Source: Tubulanus polymorphus | Taxonomy: Eukaryota; Animalia; Nemertea | NCBI RefSeq assembly: GCF_964204645.1 | Contig: NC_134025.1 | Span: 10,230,001-10,294,000 of the forward strand | Reading direction: 5' to 3' | DNA: 64,000 nucleotides | Shown here: positions 1 through 13,503 of the stretch, piece after piece | Position numbering within the stretch: the first letter of the stretch is position 1 | Layout: every line of letters starts with the position of its first letter | Position numbers and translations under genes: made by a program | Notes under the pieces: model-generated | The model's input: the letters and a program-made list of their open reading frames with translations, nothing else | What the model was told of the DNA's origin: nothing | The model's database searches: none

Positions 1-207
1 TAACCTGAACTGCAACTTATTCGCGCTAAACTGCTTGATAAGAGGCCATTAGATTTAACGTTTCTCTTTTCGAAGTACAGTAGTACACAACTGTACAAAG
101 TTCAACTAAATTTCATTAGAATCTAGACACTATAGAGATAATCAATTTCATTCTGATAGGTGTGGAAAGTTTCGTCGTGAGCTAAATCATTTCGATTTAG
201 TTGTTTA

Positions 208-422
208 GGCTAGAAAATGATGCCTTGTTTCTTCAATCCTCCGCCTCATTTAGTAAACTGCGATGAAATTTGAGATTAGTTCATTTCTATGACTGTCGGG
301 TCTGCTACAGTCAGCGTGATCATGATTTTTTAAAAGGTAATGTAGCGGGTAGTTTGGCGGCCGGTCGGGTCAACTTTCAAGCTCAGCAGAAAGGAGAAAC
401 AAGGTATAAATCTTTTCTAGCC
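208..422 (+). mobile_element. MITE family A (~210 bp, GGCT...AGCC termini), copy 1
   Basis: Terminal inverted repeats ggctagaaaatgatgccttgtttct / agaaacaaggtat..ttttctagcc. Same internal sequence as 9281, 20774, 46066 and 62845. Confidence 0.85.
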
Positions 423-780
423 ATATCCCATCATCTATATGGCAAAAGCAATCATTCTACCCTAAACCCCGACCTAGGGTCCAGGAGCCCAAAAACGGTT
501 CGACTCAAATTTCATAGTTTATTATTTCAAATAGACTATTTTCGATAAAGATCACAAATAAAATGTTATTTATGTGAAAATGTCTAATTAGGACCAATAT
601 GAGCTAGAATTGTAGTCCTGATATGACAAGATCCTGTGGGCCCAGTGGCCCAGTGGCCCAGTTTCAGAGAAGTCCAAGATCAACTTAAATCTCAATCCAG
701 CAAAATGGACAGCACCAGAAAACTAAAAAAGATGATACCGATGGTAGATGTGAATATGAACCTTATGTTCTCTTTTACAG

Positions 781-3700
781 ACATATCAACGAACTGTGAA
801 CGCGATGGCATCATCATAAACGAAGGAGACAATATCTATACGGATAGATGTACATTATGCACGTGTAAAAACGGAGGATTACGCTGCCAAACTGAATCCT
901 GTTCGGCCACAAGTTCATCGTGTAGTTGGATGGAAGTACGAAATGACAGCTGTTGCCCAGTATGCAAAGGTGAATAAGTACGCTAAATTTCGTAAGTGAT
1001 TAATCGATAGGAAAGATGCCGTATGTTTAGAAATTTTTCGGTTTGCCTTCTGTTTTAAAAACGCATTCTTTTGTCTCGGGTATAAACTTAGTTGTTCGAT
1101 GTAAACGAAGTTTGTAGGCTCGGCCAATATATAGATGGGTCTATCAGTGTTCTCCACAACAGGTTTCAGAGGCGCGGTCACCCCTTTCATTTTTACATCC
1201 ACCCTCTGAAAATCAGTTACCCCTTATAGAATATCTGCTGTCCCTACAAGAGTGGATGTCAATATTCTATCAATGCTGATAATTATTTTGAAACATATTG
1301 AACTAATTTGAAAAATAGAGTATGGGGATCGAAAGCCTTGCTACTTTCGCAGCCACAATGTCATACACTTAACAATGAATGCAGCCCCTTTAGAATTCCG
1401 GCATATGGAGAGCACTGGTATATAATTTGAAGGCCTCGGAAATTTGAGACTAATAGGATATTTTCATCTCAAATACTGATGGTTTCTTGGTGATAATCTC
1501 GTCCAAAGTCGGGAGTAGTCAGGGGTTGAATAAACCCTCTTACAAGTTACCTGAATGAACTATTTCTGAAAACTATAAGACTGTTTCTGCTATAGGATGT
1601 ACATCGAAATCTGGAAGCACATGGAAAAATGGGGAAACTTGGAAAGAAGATTCCTGCACGACATGTCGCTGTTTGGACGGCGAAGCTTTTTGCCAATCGA
1701 CGTGGTGTTCGGCACAATGCTTGTACCCGAAATGGATCGACGGCGAATGCTGTCCAATTTGTGATGGTATGCATCAGTAAGTAAAATGATTGGCGGAGAA
1801 ACATGTAACCACGACGAACAGTTCTTCTGCCAACGAACATAAATCATTCGCATAGATGAAACGCATGGATTTTTTCATGACAAAAAAATAGATGTTTTCT
1901 ACCATCCCATAAAGAATGAGCCAAGATTGCACGGAATTTTATTTACAGATTTGAGCATTATCAGCGTTCCGGATTTATGTACATCGTTGGACAAGTGTAC
2001 AGAGGTGTGCCTGCATGGATATATGGAAAACAGTCAGGGTTGTGCAGTATGTCAGTGCAGACCTGGTACGATCCGCAATTCATCAATTTCATCACTTTTT
2101 CTGTGACTCATTCCCTGCCAATAAACAGTTAGTTAGATTGCTCAGAATTAATAAATCAGCAAGTGCCCATCCAGTAGTAGCAAGAGCAATATTGACAGAG
2201 CTTATTAAGCAAGTCCATAAAATAACATATAATTCAGTCACAGCCTATGCAATAATTGCATAGATGATATTCATGAATGAAGCTATCAACTATTAATGAT
2301 AAACACTATCAGGGTTCATAGCGGTGCTTGAAAGTCCTAAGATGGTAATTCAAGGCCTTCAATATCATGGAGTAGGTTCTAAAATGCTTAAATCATAGTC
2401 ACGGTCCTGGAATGGCATCACATCACCACGTGTTTACAATTTGAAGGTTCTGGTCGCATATCAGCTAAGGTGTACAGTTCATCAGATCATGGTATTTCTT
2501 GGTCTAGTTTACTAGTCTGATGGATAGACCCAACCCAATGTAAATTGGAAATCTTGTGACCTATTACAAAAAACCTGAAATCAAGTGTATAGGGAAAGTC
2601 CTTGAATCAGAGGCAAATGAGTCCTTGAAAGTCCTTAAATGAAATTGGTCATGGGAACGATGAACCCTGTACTATTTTTTGTACTTAATTTGGATTCATT
2701 GTGTAAATGACATTCGTTGTGTAAACCAAAAATTTCTCAATTCTTTCCTTCAATTTCTTCACACTTTTTTCCCCCAGAAAACTGCAGCCTAGAATGTCCG
2801 TATGGCTTCGAAGTAGATGAAAACCTGAATAATGCGGAACTGTGCCGTTGTAAGGAAGGTCCTTACGAATGTTCGAACATCAGCTCCTGTAATAAACATT
2901 GCACGTACGGCTACAAGTCCGAGTCAAACGGCTGCTTGACCTGCCACTGCAATCCGTGTCCACCATTCGTTTGTCAGCAACATTGTCCGATGGGATACAC
3001 GCAAAACAAAGATGGCTGCTCAATTTGCAAATGTATAGGTAAACTTACTATGTATTGGTATAGAAAAACAATGCCCGTAACATCACTGACCACTTTAATT
3101 CAAACACTTTGAGAAGCTTTCAGAGCCTTTTAGACTTGCAGCTTAAATTAAAGACTTTCATAGATATAAGTCTTATTTGAAATGATTCAAGACTTGTTCA
3201 AGTGATGATCCAAGATCCAAGAAAACAAATTTGATCATATATCCTATGAAAAACCCATTCATTATTGCCTTTAAAATACAACAATCTAAACGATTCATTG
3301 ACAAAACCTAAAACTGCCTGCCAAGTGAGCATGTATATCTCTTATTAAGAGATTAAATTATATTGTTAAAAATATATAATCTTTTACATGCTTTATAATT
3401 TATACATGTGTAAATCAGTAAGTCTGTTGATGTTTGCGGTAGTTATGAAACATTCGAAGATCTGACTTTAACTGATTTATCTCAATTGATTGATCCACCT
3501 TCGATGGCTGGTATTAACCATGAAGAACATAAGATTTAAAAAAAATTTTCCATTTAAAAACATTTCGTAGCAAGGACGAGTCAAGTAACTGGTAAGCTTG
3601 TACAGTATACCTTTTACAAAAAACGTATTTGTTTATAGCCGGTATCAAAAATACACCTATTTTCGTTGGTATGTATATAAGTCAATAATGTGCCGAACAC

Positions 3701-6700
3701 GTTGCGTTCGCAGCTAAAAAACATCCCCAACCACCGGAGCAGACGCCGATCAATTTCAAAGGAAGAACTGCGTGATTTAAGCGCGGTTCCCTGTTTACCT
3801 TTTAGAATAAAGTTTTATTGATGTTCTGAAACCTAACCGGAACTATCTGAAACGCGTGGAGAATTTCGCATTCGAAACCGCGGCGGAATTTAATCTCGAA
3901 TTTAAAAACAATGAATCGGGTAACCGTAGATGCGAAGCGCCCCGGTCTACCTAATTAGGGGTCAGAGATTCGACGTAATCCGATCTATGAATCGAAATAA
4001 ACGAAATTCTTTCGAACATCGAAGTGGAAACATCATAACTTGAAGAGGGACAAATCCGTGTTGGAATCAATAACGAGCAAAAATGAAATACTTCGATGCC
4101 AGTTTCATCTAGACTAAATCATATGCAGGGTATTCTTAAAAGTTTCTCTCACGTTGCCCTAGTTCGACTATTTTTACTCTGAGAAATTATTATTTCACCA
4201 TCCTTTTCCCGCCTACCGGAAATTAGACCCTGTTTTTTTATCTAAGATAATTCCGAATGGCTTAGAATAATGCACGTTTTTGATAATAATGGCTGTTCCC
4301 TAGAATAAACGATTTCCCGCCCTTTTGGAGTCGTAATTCCCTCAATCTACAGCTGTGGATCGACCCATGTGATGTGAAAACCTTGTGGAAAATTTCAATA
4401 TCATATTCATAACTGGGGGTGCATAAACAGTGACGATATGGGGCTCCCAAATAAAAATTGATATTTTTCCAAGTGAAAATGGGTGGTAGAATGGGGAAAA
4501 AACAGGGTAGCCACTTATATTTGACTTGCTTTTTCCCTGACTTTTCCGGCCCTGACTATTCCCTGACATGCGAGGTTGGTTTTCAGCTAAGAATCCAATC
4601 AATCAACAAACAGTCAAATAAGTAAAACATAGACAGAAACCGTTTTAATTTACCGTGCGATCTAGCAATCTCAACAAATTTTCCCTGACCTATCCCTGAT
4701 TTTTAGCTTTTTTTAAATAAAATTCCATGATTTCGAGTTAAAGCATGCTTCTCATTATAGATTCTACACATTTGCAACATGTAACAGGATTGATATACAA
4801 TCCGGATATACGTAATACACTAAACATTCATTCATGGATACTTGGATTTTTTCTAAAATTTTCTATGTCAATACATGTGTGGAAATGCAAGTGTGATAAT
4901 GAATGTGATTTATATATACATATATATAACAATAGTACAAGTAGTGTATTTAATTATGTTGTAATGAATACCTGGTATATATCGTGGTTGAGTACTTAAC
5001 ATTTTTGCGGTTTAGTCCATGTCTGTCTATTTTTGTTCACCACAAAATATATATATATATACTTTTAGTAATAACGCATCTTCCACAAAGATCTTTTTCT
5101 ATATCGCGCTCTCATCACATTGTTGCAAATTTGAGAAATTAATTTCATATAAGTGAAAATTAGAGAATCATTCGGTTTGAATGTTGCCAAAAAGCTGTCA
5201 AAATCCATCAAATAACCGGTGAAATACAATAAAACATGCATCACGAATAGTTTTGAAAAAAAGCGAAAAAACGACCCAACAATGCAGGACGAAAGTACCA
5301 AAACAACATGGCGACTAGCAACTTTAAAATGGCTTATTACAGTATATATTCATTACTAATCGGGTAGATTCACGCTGCGGTATCTTTCAGTATCAGTTCC
5401 ATCTCAAAATTCCACGGAACCCATCTGCATTAATTATGATAATCGTATACTGGTATATACTTAGGAGATTATTATTGGACATATCGACTTAACATCTCTC
5501 TTCTATCATCAATATTTACGAATATACGGTTTCCTTACTTTGGCAAAATGGTAATCTATATAGCATTATATTGCCTGCATGTTAGCCCTAATCATGAATC
5601 TAACAGACTTCGAGTTATCGTTCTTCTGTAATATATTAGTCTTGACTCAAGAGTTAATCTTTCCCCGTGTAAACTTAACTGTAATCTATTTGTAATCTAT
5701 CGGGTTCGTTTTCATATTTTTCCATCTAACCATCAAGATCCGAAAGAACAAGGCAGTAACACTACAGAAATCATTCCGATTACCAGGCAGCCGTGTATAG
5801 CAGCTGATGGCGAAGACATATTTGAAGACGGAGAGTCATGGTTTGACGGATGTCGACATTGTTTCTGTTACAATGGATTAGAAATGTGCGCTCTCATCCA
5901 CTGTCCAGCGCTGCAGTGTGACCAACCGATTGTGAAACCACGAGACTGCTGCCCGTCTTGTCCAGGTAAGATCAACCTTCTCAATGCATCTACACCACAG
6001 TGCGGTGTATAAGTCGGTGATAAACTTTGTTAGTACACCGCACTATGGTGTATTCACGTTAATGGTTTTTATCTCTAATGAAAGATGGCAGCACCTGTCA
6101 AACACAGTGAAATATTAGTAACTAACAATACACTGTGCTGTGGTGTAGATGTGGTGTGGTATGCCTGTTATTTAATGCACGGGTGGATTTCAAAATTTTC
6201 AAATTATCCCCAGCACTTTTGGGTAAGCACTGAGAGGGTTAAGTCTTCTAACTACTGATTGGGTTTAAAAAGTGTAAGCCCTCATCAACAACGCATAATT
6301 TGCCCGTGAATACCCGTGAAATTCATCTGCTTTTTAATAACGAATTTGTATTGAAAATTCTATCTCGAATATTGAGAAAAATTGCAACATGTCAAGATTA
6401 TGCTTTGAATTTAGATTAAGTCTTATCTTTCAGCTGAAAAAGGACCTCTTCTCACTAGAAAAGAACAAATCTGTGTCTCCATCTCTGGAAATAAACACTA
6501 TACAGAGGGAGAAGCCTGGATGATGGATACATGTACGTATTGCGTCTGCCATCGCGGTAACACGATGTGTGATGTTGAGACATGCCCGCCAGTTCTATGT
6601 CAGAAGCCTGTTACCATCAAAGGGAAATGTTGTCTTTCTTGCACAGGTAAGCGTCGAATTGGATTTCTAGAAATTCATTAACCCAGTAACTGGGAAAAAG

Positions 6701-9023
6701 TTCAGGGCAGGACAAAGGGCTAGATCAGGTCACACTTTAATCGACAATAAGTCATTTCTCATTTACATGAATTTTTCAGAGGAAGATCCAAACTTGGGAG
6801 CATTCTTACCAATGCCTGGAACCCCATGTTACTCAAAAGTCCATCAGCTTCATGAACATGGTGAAATTTGGAAATCAAACCCATGCCAGAGTTGTACCTG
6901 TCGCCACGGTCAGATACACTGTTATACACAATCCTGTAAACAGTCGAACTGCAAAAATTCTGTCCTCAAAAAAGGCCAGTGTTGTCCTCATTGTATAGGT
7001 AAGTGGACAAATCAAACGACAGTGACCTACTTAAAACTACCGGTAGGTCCCACTTAAACTAAAATGTCTAGGGGCCAGTTTTATAGAATGGTATTACCTG
7101 TAACCCAGAGGCCAGTTGCACAGTCATGGCTTAAGTCCAAAAGTGGTCTTAGATCTTAAGACTGGTCTTCAGTTGTTAGATTGGCTACAGAACTAAGTTG
7201 GTTTTAGACTCCGGGGCTAATTCAATTGAAAAAGAATTGACCCCCGCGTTAATGGTAATACTAGTCTATAAAACCGGCACTTGGTGTATTGATATACTAA
7301 TCCTAGGTCTACAACTTCAAATGTACAAATTTTTGACAATCAATAGTAAAATCCTACTCACAAACTTTAGAACAGAGGATTGTAATGTATTATCAACAAA
7401 TCAATGATTTTTCATGTGTTAAGAAGAAGACTGGAATAGCTGCTTTGACGGGCGCGATGTATTCGGGGACGGTGAAGTTTGGATCGTCGATAAATGCACC
7501 GTTTGCCGATGCCACGCTAAACACGTCACATGCACGCACAAAGTTTGCACGCCGCCGAACTGCAAATTGTTGGTCGAGAAGCCGGGACACTGCTGTCCAG
7601 TCTGCACTGGTAACATTTTCGTTTCATACAATATAGCTTTAAACGTTAATAGAATGACAAAGGGGTTGTAAGTCAAGCAAACCAGAAAAGCACCGGGGCC
7701 GACTAGCTTTAAATCATAGAACTCAAATCAAAGTTCTATGCTTTAAATGCATCAGTGTGGCTGAAATCCTAACACAGATTAATGAATAAAGCCAGCCGCA
7801 CATAAGTGACAAGTATGCCACATAACACTGCAACTAATACGCTGCAGCATTTTATTGGCGACATTGATGCTGAAAATATTTCCAGCCCCTAGCACCAACT
7901 ACACACTGTAGCTACAATAGTGGAAGGTGCAAAGCTAGTTTGCGGGAAACAGTTTTCACCTTCAATATTGCTGATAAATTGCACGGCACCTGTTGCGGCG
8001 AACTTGTCACTAGTGCACTGCGGGCTTAATGCTTTACACAAGAAAAACTGCATTTCAAAGAAAGGAAGTCTAATAGATACCTATATTTACACAGGTGAAC
8101 ATTACAAAGTGAACGGAAACATCACAGGCATTGAAAAACATGGTTAGTAGAAACAACGCTCATTTCCAATCATACTACATAGCTACATTCCTTTGCACCC
8201 ATAAAATGCTCTTCTTTTCATAAACTTTGATCATAGAGGCGAATCTAGGAGATAGTTTATAGACCACGAAAATAGTCCCTTTGAATGAATATTTTTCTAT
8301 ACCATGTCCGCATTTTGCAGTTTGTTACTTTGGATAATAACCCAGCTACATAGTTTGTAGCATGCCCTTTCAAAACAAGTCCAGAAATGTGCCATCTACC
8401 ATCCAATTCAAGATTAATACCGTGTCATTAATCATAGCTAAAAAAAACCTATATCCGTAGAGAATCCTACAATAATAATGAAAAAAAAAGAATAATATAA
8501 AGTCTGAAAATGTTTCTTTCAGCTAATAGTTTATTCAAACGTTTTCGACTATATCCTAACGGTCACCTGCTTTCAGACTTTTTGGACTTATTTCTTTTCA
8601 TTATTATTGTGGGATTCTCTACATATTATTACTATTACCATCACAATTTTTTCAGGGGGAATATCTGATCAGCTTCATATTACGATGGTATCGATTCTCG
8701 TGTCGGTTATCATCATACTAATGGTGCTCATCGTCATACTAGTGACGAGACTCGCACGACGGGACAACTGCTTCGTCAAGCAAAATATCAAATTTTTGAA
8801 TCACAATCACTTGACGACGCAGAAAACTCACAACCACCAATCGCGGAGTTTACTCGGACGCCCGCCGAAATCGACGAATTTGCACTTACAAGGAACCGAT
8901 CCTATACTGAACGGTGATAAAGACGCTAATAATACGAACAGTTATTGCAAAATAAGCTTAGGCGATTTGGATGTGAAATATTCGAAAAATGACAAATCGA
9001 AAAGTAAGTTCGACGATGTGTAA
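781..9023 (+). CDS. CRIM1: Cysteine-rich motor neuron 1 protein (5' end upstream of window); VWC repeats, antistasin repeats, transmembrane helix, cytoplasmic tail
   Basis: GT-AG exons ~781-969, 1596-1766, 1949-2065, 2778-3038, 5738-5965, 6434-6647, 6780-6998, 7424-7609, 8095-8142, 8656-9023. They encode 2 VWC (C-x2-C-x-C...CC-P-x-C), 4 antistasin-like repeats (e.g. CSLECPYGF..CRC), 4 more VWC, a hydrophobic helix ITMVSILVSVIIILMVLIVILV and a tail. This is the CRIM1 architecture. Confidence 0.92.
2310..2668. mobile_element. CAGGG-ended MITE with aaagtccttga subterminal repeats
   Basis: cagggttcat ... atgaaccctg, with repeated aaagtccttgaa motifs. Confidence 0.65.
5971..6243 (-). mobile_element. 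piggyBac-like MITE family B copy (CRIM1 intron)
   Basis: Reverse match: tctacaccacagtgcggtgtata...aaagatggcagcacctgtcaaac...gcactgagagggttaa. Confidence 0.8.
7071..7280. mobile_element. GGGCC-ended MITE (Harbinger-like)
   Basis: ggggccagttttatagaatggtattac versus gtaatactagtctataaaaccggcac. Confidence 0.55.
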
Positions 9024-9280
9024 ATAAAAGGCGAAGATTGAGCTGAATTGATGGCGGTACTTTGATAAATTCAGATATTTGTACTAAAAAGAATGTAAAA
9101 ATGATATCTATAGCTAACCTTGCCAAGCTCCGGACATACATCAAAATATTTTTCTTTATCTCCAATGCTAAAAACCGTCTTGGCTGGTATTTTATCATAA
9201 AACACAATCATCAATCATCAAAGCCCCACACTAAGAATTGATTGTTCATCTTATGAATCTTTGACATTATGCATAGATAA

Positions 9281-9490
9281 GGCTAAAAAATGATGCCTCG
9301 TTTCTCTTAATCAGCCAAGTCATTTTGTAAACTGCAATATAATTGGCAATCAGTTCATTTCTATAGCTGTTGGGTCTGTAGTGGTTAGCTTGATCATGAT
9401 TTTGAAAAGAGTAATGTACAGGGCAGATAGGTGGCCGGGTCAACTTTTATGCTCAACAGAAAATAGAAACAAGGTATCATGTTTTCAGCC
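9281..9490 (+). mobile_element. MITE family A copy 2 (between CRIM1 and MGME1 3' ends)
   Basis: ggctaaaaaatgatgcctcgtttctc ... agaaacaaggtatcatgttttcagcc, flanked taa/taa. Confidence 0.85.
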
Positions 9491-9767
9491 TAAAAAATTG
9501 TTCAAGACATCATCAGATCTAATTGTAGTCTAACTGTCTGATAATGGCAGTTATTGTAGCCGAAATCTTGTTTGAGGTTTCAATGAATAATGTTTAGTGA
9601 TAATTCATATAATCATGATAACGTTTACGTATCATACATTCAACAAATTCTTATGTAAATAGAAAAACGTTTCTTCAATAAAAACACATTCATGTAAATG
9701 ATAACGTTTGCTTATTTTGCCATATTTCGAAACCGGATAAGCTTTGAATAGGATTGCATAACTTGCC

Positions 9768-12000
9768 CTACCTTCTTTCTGGAATCACGAGTTGCCAATG
9801 TTCCCTCACTCGTTGAAGCCATTTCTCCCAGTACTTCTGCAATTTCTTCTCCGAGATCAAGTGTGCATGCGCTGGAGACCCGTCAGCATACGCGATAACT
9901 AACAAGCACTCTTTTATCTGAGGGAATGAATATATAACAGAACTCTCATCATATACAGAACCTCACAGACTACATATTTTCATAGATGTGTCTCTGACAA
10001 GTCCCTCAGCTGAAGTTGAAGTGGGTAAAATCGACAAGGCAAATCCATATGAAATGGAATTACCCTCTAATTTTGAATTAGATTAAAATATATTTGATTT
10101 CACTTATATGGAACTGGGACTGAATGTACAATATTAATGTCGGTACTCATTTAGGAAGGATATGTGACTATTCAACCTTGGTCCCTGTATCCACTCTTGA
10201 TACATATATGCTACTTTGATAACGTATTTTCATGTAGCAAGAAGTTAAGAGGTGTTTACCTGAAGATTATAACGTGAATCGCTATTAACAGCCCCGGCAT
10301 AAGCAGCAAGCTGTAGAGGATTATCAAATGTTGATGACAAATATGGTTTCTGTTTAGTGGATGTTTTCCAGTCGATTAAACAAAGTTTATCTCTGTAACA
10401 AAAGATATTAGAATACACAAAATGAAAATCAGGGCCATAGCGTGAGCTGGATACACAATGCTGTACCGGGGCTTGCACATAAGGCTGTCTAGGTACATGA
10501 AGAAAAAACATTTTGTTCACCCACAGCTCAGCATATATGACAAGTACATTAAAAAGAGCATACATCGAAAATAAGAAAACTAGTGTCGCAGGCTACATAG
10601 AGATTGGTTTTTAAGTTTAACACAGGAGACAAAAGCCAACTTAACATGATCTAAGAACAATGATTAAGAGGTGACAGTGAAATTACATGCATCCACTGGG
10701 GTTCGGACCCTCGCCTCGTACATGGTAAGCAAGCATGCTAACCAGTAAATCAATAGAACTAATCCACTTGGCCAGTTAGCTTTTCCTATATGGATAACAT
10801 AGGGACACTGTTGGAATTAAGAAACGACTGTACAACAGAGCCCAGGTAAAATTTTCGAACATATCGAAAATTCCAAAACCTCTGCTGACCTACTGCCAAG
10901 TAAGTACCCTTCACCCTACAAAACTGGACTTAATTAACTTATCAGTCCCCTATGGATTTGTATGTGCATTCTTTAAGTTTTCTAAACAATTATAGATCAA
11001 TACATATAGCTTACATACAAATGCACTTACTTGTAGTAGGCAATGCAATCAAAATATCCTGCATAGTGTAAGGTAGGATGGATGACGTATCCTTCTAAAT
11101 GCTTCACACTACGAGCTTCCATAAATACATGTTGCAAACTATTCCAATACGGAGACAGTTCTTCAGAAATATCTAGCTCTGCTTCCCGTTGGCCACTGAA
11201 TAATGCTTGAATGGCTGAATGCAAATTCTTTCCACGTGCGAGAGTTTCTGAAATTATCAAGCGATCGATGATTTTTTGGAGAAACATTGAAGCATGGACA
11301 CTTTTGTCTTGTCCTGTCTATTGAATGAAAAATCGAGAATTTATATTACCACATGTAGATATTTACCCATTTGCATTTTGTTAAAGCCGTCCAATCCTAA
11401 AATACTTATTTGATTCATTTTCCATCTCTCTAACGCCGCCCTAGCTTCTGGAGGCATCGTTATATCGAGGATTTTAGAAACACTCGGACGTCTATAAACC
11501 AAATAGTGATCCTCTGAACTGTCAGATGGCAAGTAAAAAGCCTGAGTTCCGGGTGCTAATGGTACACTCTCAATCGTTTTCAAAAAGTCCAAATTCAATT
11601 TGCACATAAAATCTCTATTTGGAGACACTGGCGATGCATTAATATTGTTATCCTTAATCCCTAAAAGCAAATGACTTAAATCATTCTGTTCATGATTCAG
11701 TTGTTTCTTACTGTTCTGAGTTGATTCTGTCGATTTAGAATTGATCTTAACGCCTTTCGATTTAGCTTTAGATGCGTTGTATGTAGATACCCTGCCGAGA
11801 AGTTTTCCATGAAGACGAAGAGATTCCGTGTTCCATGCCTTGATCTGGTGTATTTCAGCTGGCTGTTTGTGGATTTTCTTATTCGATTTTGATGAAACAT
11901 TTCGCTGAAATAAGCTAGTCACCATACGTTTAATGTTTATTCCACTTCTTCCGGCTGTGAGACAATTTGTTCTTCTACTGATTATTTCGGGAATCATCAT
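9768..12000 (-). CDS. MGME1: Mitochondrial genome maintenance exonuclease 1 (PD-(D/E)XK nuclease)
   Basis: Exons 12000-11367, 11247-11031, 10392-10260, 9917-9768 with consistent phases. Motifs RPSVSKIL..LERWK, GKNLHSAI, HPTLHYAGYFDCIAYY, LIDWKTS.K.KP, DNPLQLAAYAGAVN.D..Y, IAYADGSPA. Basic N-terminus consistent with a transit peptide. Confidence 0.93.
10640..10760 (-). mobile_element. Degenerate tRNA-like head (SINE or tRNA pseudogene)
   Basis: Minus strand tggttagcatgcttgcttaccatgtacgaggcgagggtccgaacccc resembles the tRNA-Gly D-arm to T-arm. No intact acceptor stem. Confidence 0.45.
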
Positions 12001-12258
12001 TATTCTTGAATGAGAAAAATAAAAAATTTATGCAAGAGAATTCATTCGAAGATTCCATCTCAGTGGCAGTATGACATAGGGATAGTAGGGTAGTCTATTA
12101 ACTAGAGCCTGAAAGCTAGATAGCCAACAAGCAGATTCTACCGTATAGTAGTTCTTCTTCATTTCTAAAAGGTATGCCTATGGGTAAGTTCAAGTAGGTA
12201 TCAGACTTAGCCTAGTAGGTATGTAGCGACGGTGAAAGGAAAAAATTGCCTTTTTTCC

Positions 12259-12372
12259 GTGGCCATTTTTTCCTTGGCCATTATCCTAGGCAAATACCTT
12301 GGCCATTCTTTCCTTGGCCATTTTTTCCTGGCCATTTTTTCCTGGCCATTTTTTCCTTGGCCATTTTTTCCT
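12259..12372. repeat. Tandem ~14-15-bp repeat (tggccattttttcct) x~7
   Basis: Directly visible array in the MGME1 5' intron. Confidence 0.9.
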
Positions 12373-12539
12373 ACATTATGTATCTATAGTCACCAAACTC
12401 CAGACGGTATTTATCAAAACTATAGACTAGTATGATTTCAAGCATCAAAGCATAATACTAAGAAATCAACCAAAATGCTATATTTCATATCAGCAAATTT
12501 AACAATGATATACTTACTGGGAATTGAATGTAATTAGTA

Positions 12540-12650
12540 CCGGGTAAATAGATTTTATCTCTAATGAAAGATGGCAGCTCCTACCTACAGTTGGGTCTAG
12601 TAACTAACAATACACCAAAGGGCGGTGTAGATACATTGTGGGGTATGCTC
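12540..12650 (-). mobile_element. Family B internal fragment
   Basis: tatctctaatgaaagatggcagc..tagtaactaacaatacac..ggtgtagat matches 6070-6150. Confidence 0.6.
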
Positions 12651-13215
12651 TGTTGGTATTTTAGATATATTTGATTTTGTTTAAAAAAGTCTATTAGAGT
12701 TTAATAGGTTTCCACTTGTAATTTTGCTAATTTATTTTTCAATTGAAAGTTGTGATCGAAATACATTTGTGAGAATGTTTTATCTTTGTCTGTGGTCTTT
12801 CATTAGAAAATCAATAGTTCAAACTTTGGCATGCGTCTAATCAAAGGAAGGGTGGGGGGTAAAACCAATTAGACAGTTATTCTAATTGACAGAACTATTG
12901 AAATTTTGAGATGCTCCCTTATTCAACACACCCACCCGGGTGGGGTTCTTTAAACATTTTCAAGTTATCTCCAGCACTAGCCTACCTACTAATTATGACA
13001 AGTAAGGCCCCGGCAGAGGGTGATAATTAGGTAGTCGATTTCCTAGCCGTCGTTCCAGGAACCGTAACAACGACTGGACAAATAATTAGGCAGCACTACT
13101 GAAAAAGTTTAAAGGATAGCATGGATAGTAGATTCGCACATTTGTACAACGATCAGACAAACATACGTTCAAAATTCTAACAACCAATATATAATTATCT
13201 CAATGACATACTGAC

Positions 13216-13503
13216 CTAACACCAAACTCCATGATTAAGGAAAACAAAAAATAAATTCAGCGCGGCGATTTTCACTTCCGGGTTCTACATGGGCGGCGCC
13301 ATTTTGCAATTTAATCTCCTGTGACGGTCAGTCTAAAATGCATAGATTTCAAGTTTTGATACTAATTCCACATCCCTAAATTGAATAATTCTTTTGAAAT
13401 CACTAATTTAGGTGTCCAGGTCTGATAACGCTTACGTAAAGTGTTGAAATTAAGCTTATAGTTCCTTTGCAAGAATAGGTCACATGATCAACTGGCAGCA
13501 GCC
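13216..13503. promoter_or_regulatory. Bidirectional promoter between MGME1 and SNX5/6
   Basis: ETS/GABP-type CACTTCCGG (~13273) and YY1-type GCGCCATTTT (~13296). A minus-strand donor at ~13215 suggests a non-coding first exon of MGME1. The SNX ATG is at 13504. Confidence 0.7.

Noticed and set aside
270-548. 92-aa ORF, and similar ORFs at 45863-46153 and 42676-42901
   Set aside because: They overlap MITE copies and show no transposase motifs; chance frames.
5296-5325. YY1/RFX-like motif (aacatggcgactagcaac) as an internal CRIM1 promoter
   Set aside because: A single short motif, also common inside invertebrate transposons, with no supporting exon.
10640-10760. Functional tRNA gene
   Set aside because: Mutated T-loop (GGTCCGA) and no paired acceptor stem; treated as a SINE or pseudogene remnant.
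12259-12372. CRISPR-like array
   Set aside because: Units are adjacent without unique spacers, the context is eukaryotic and there are no cas genes.
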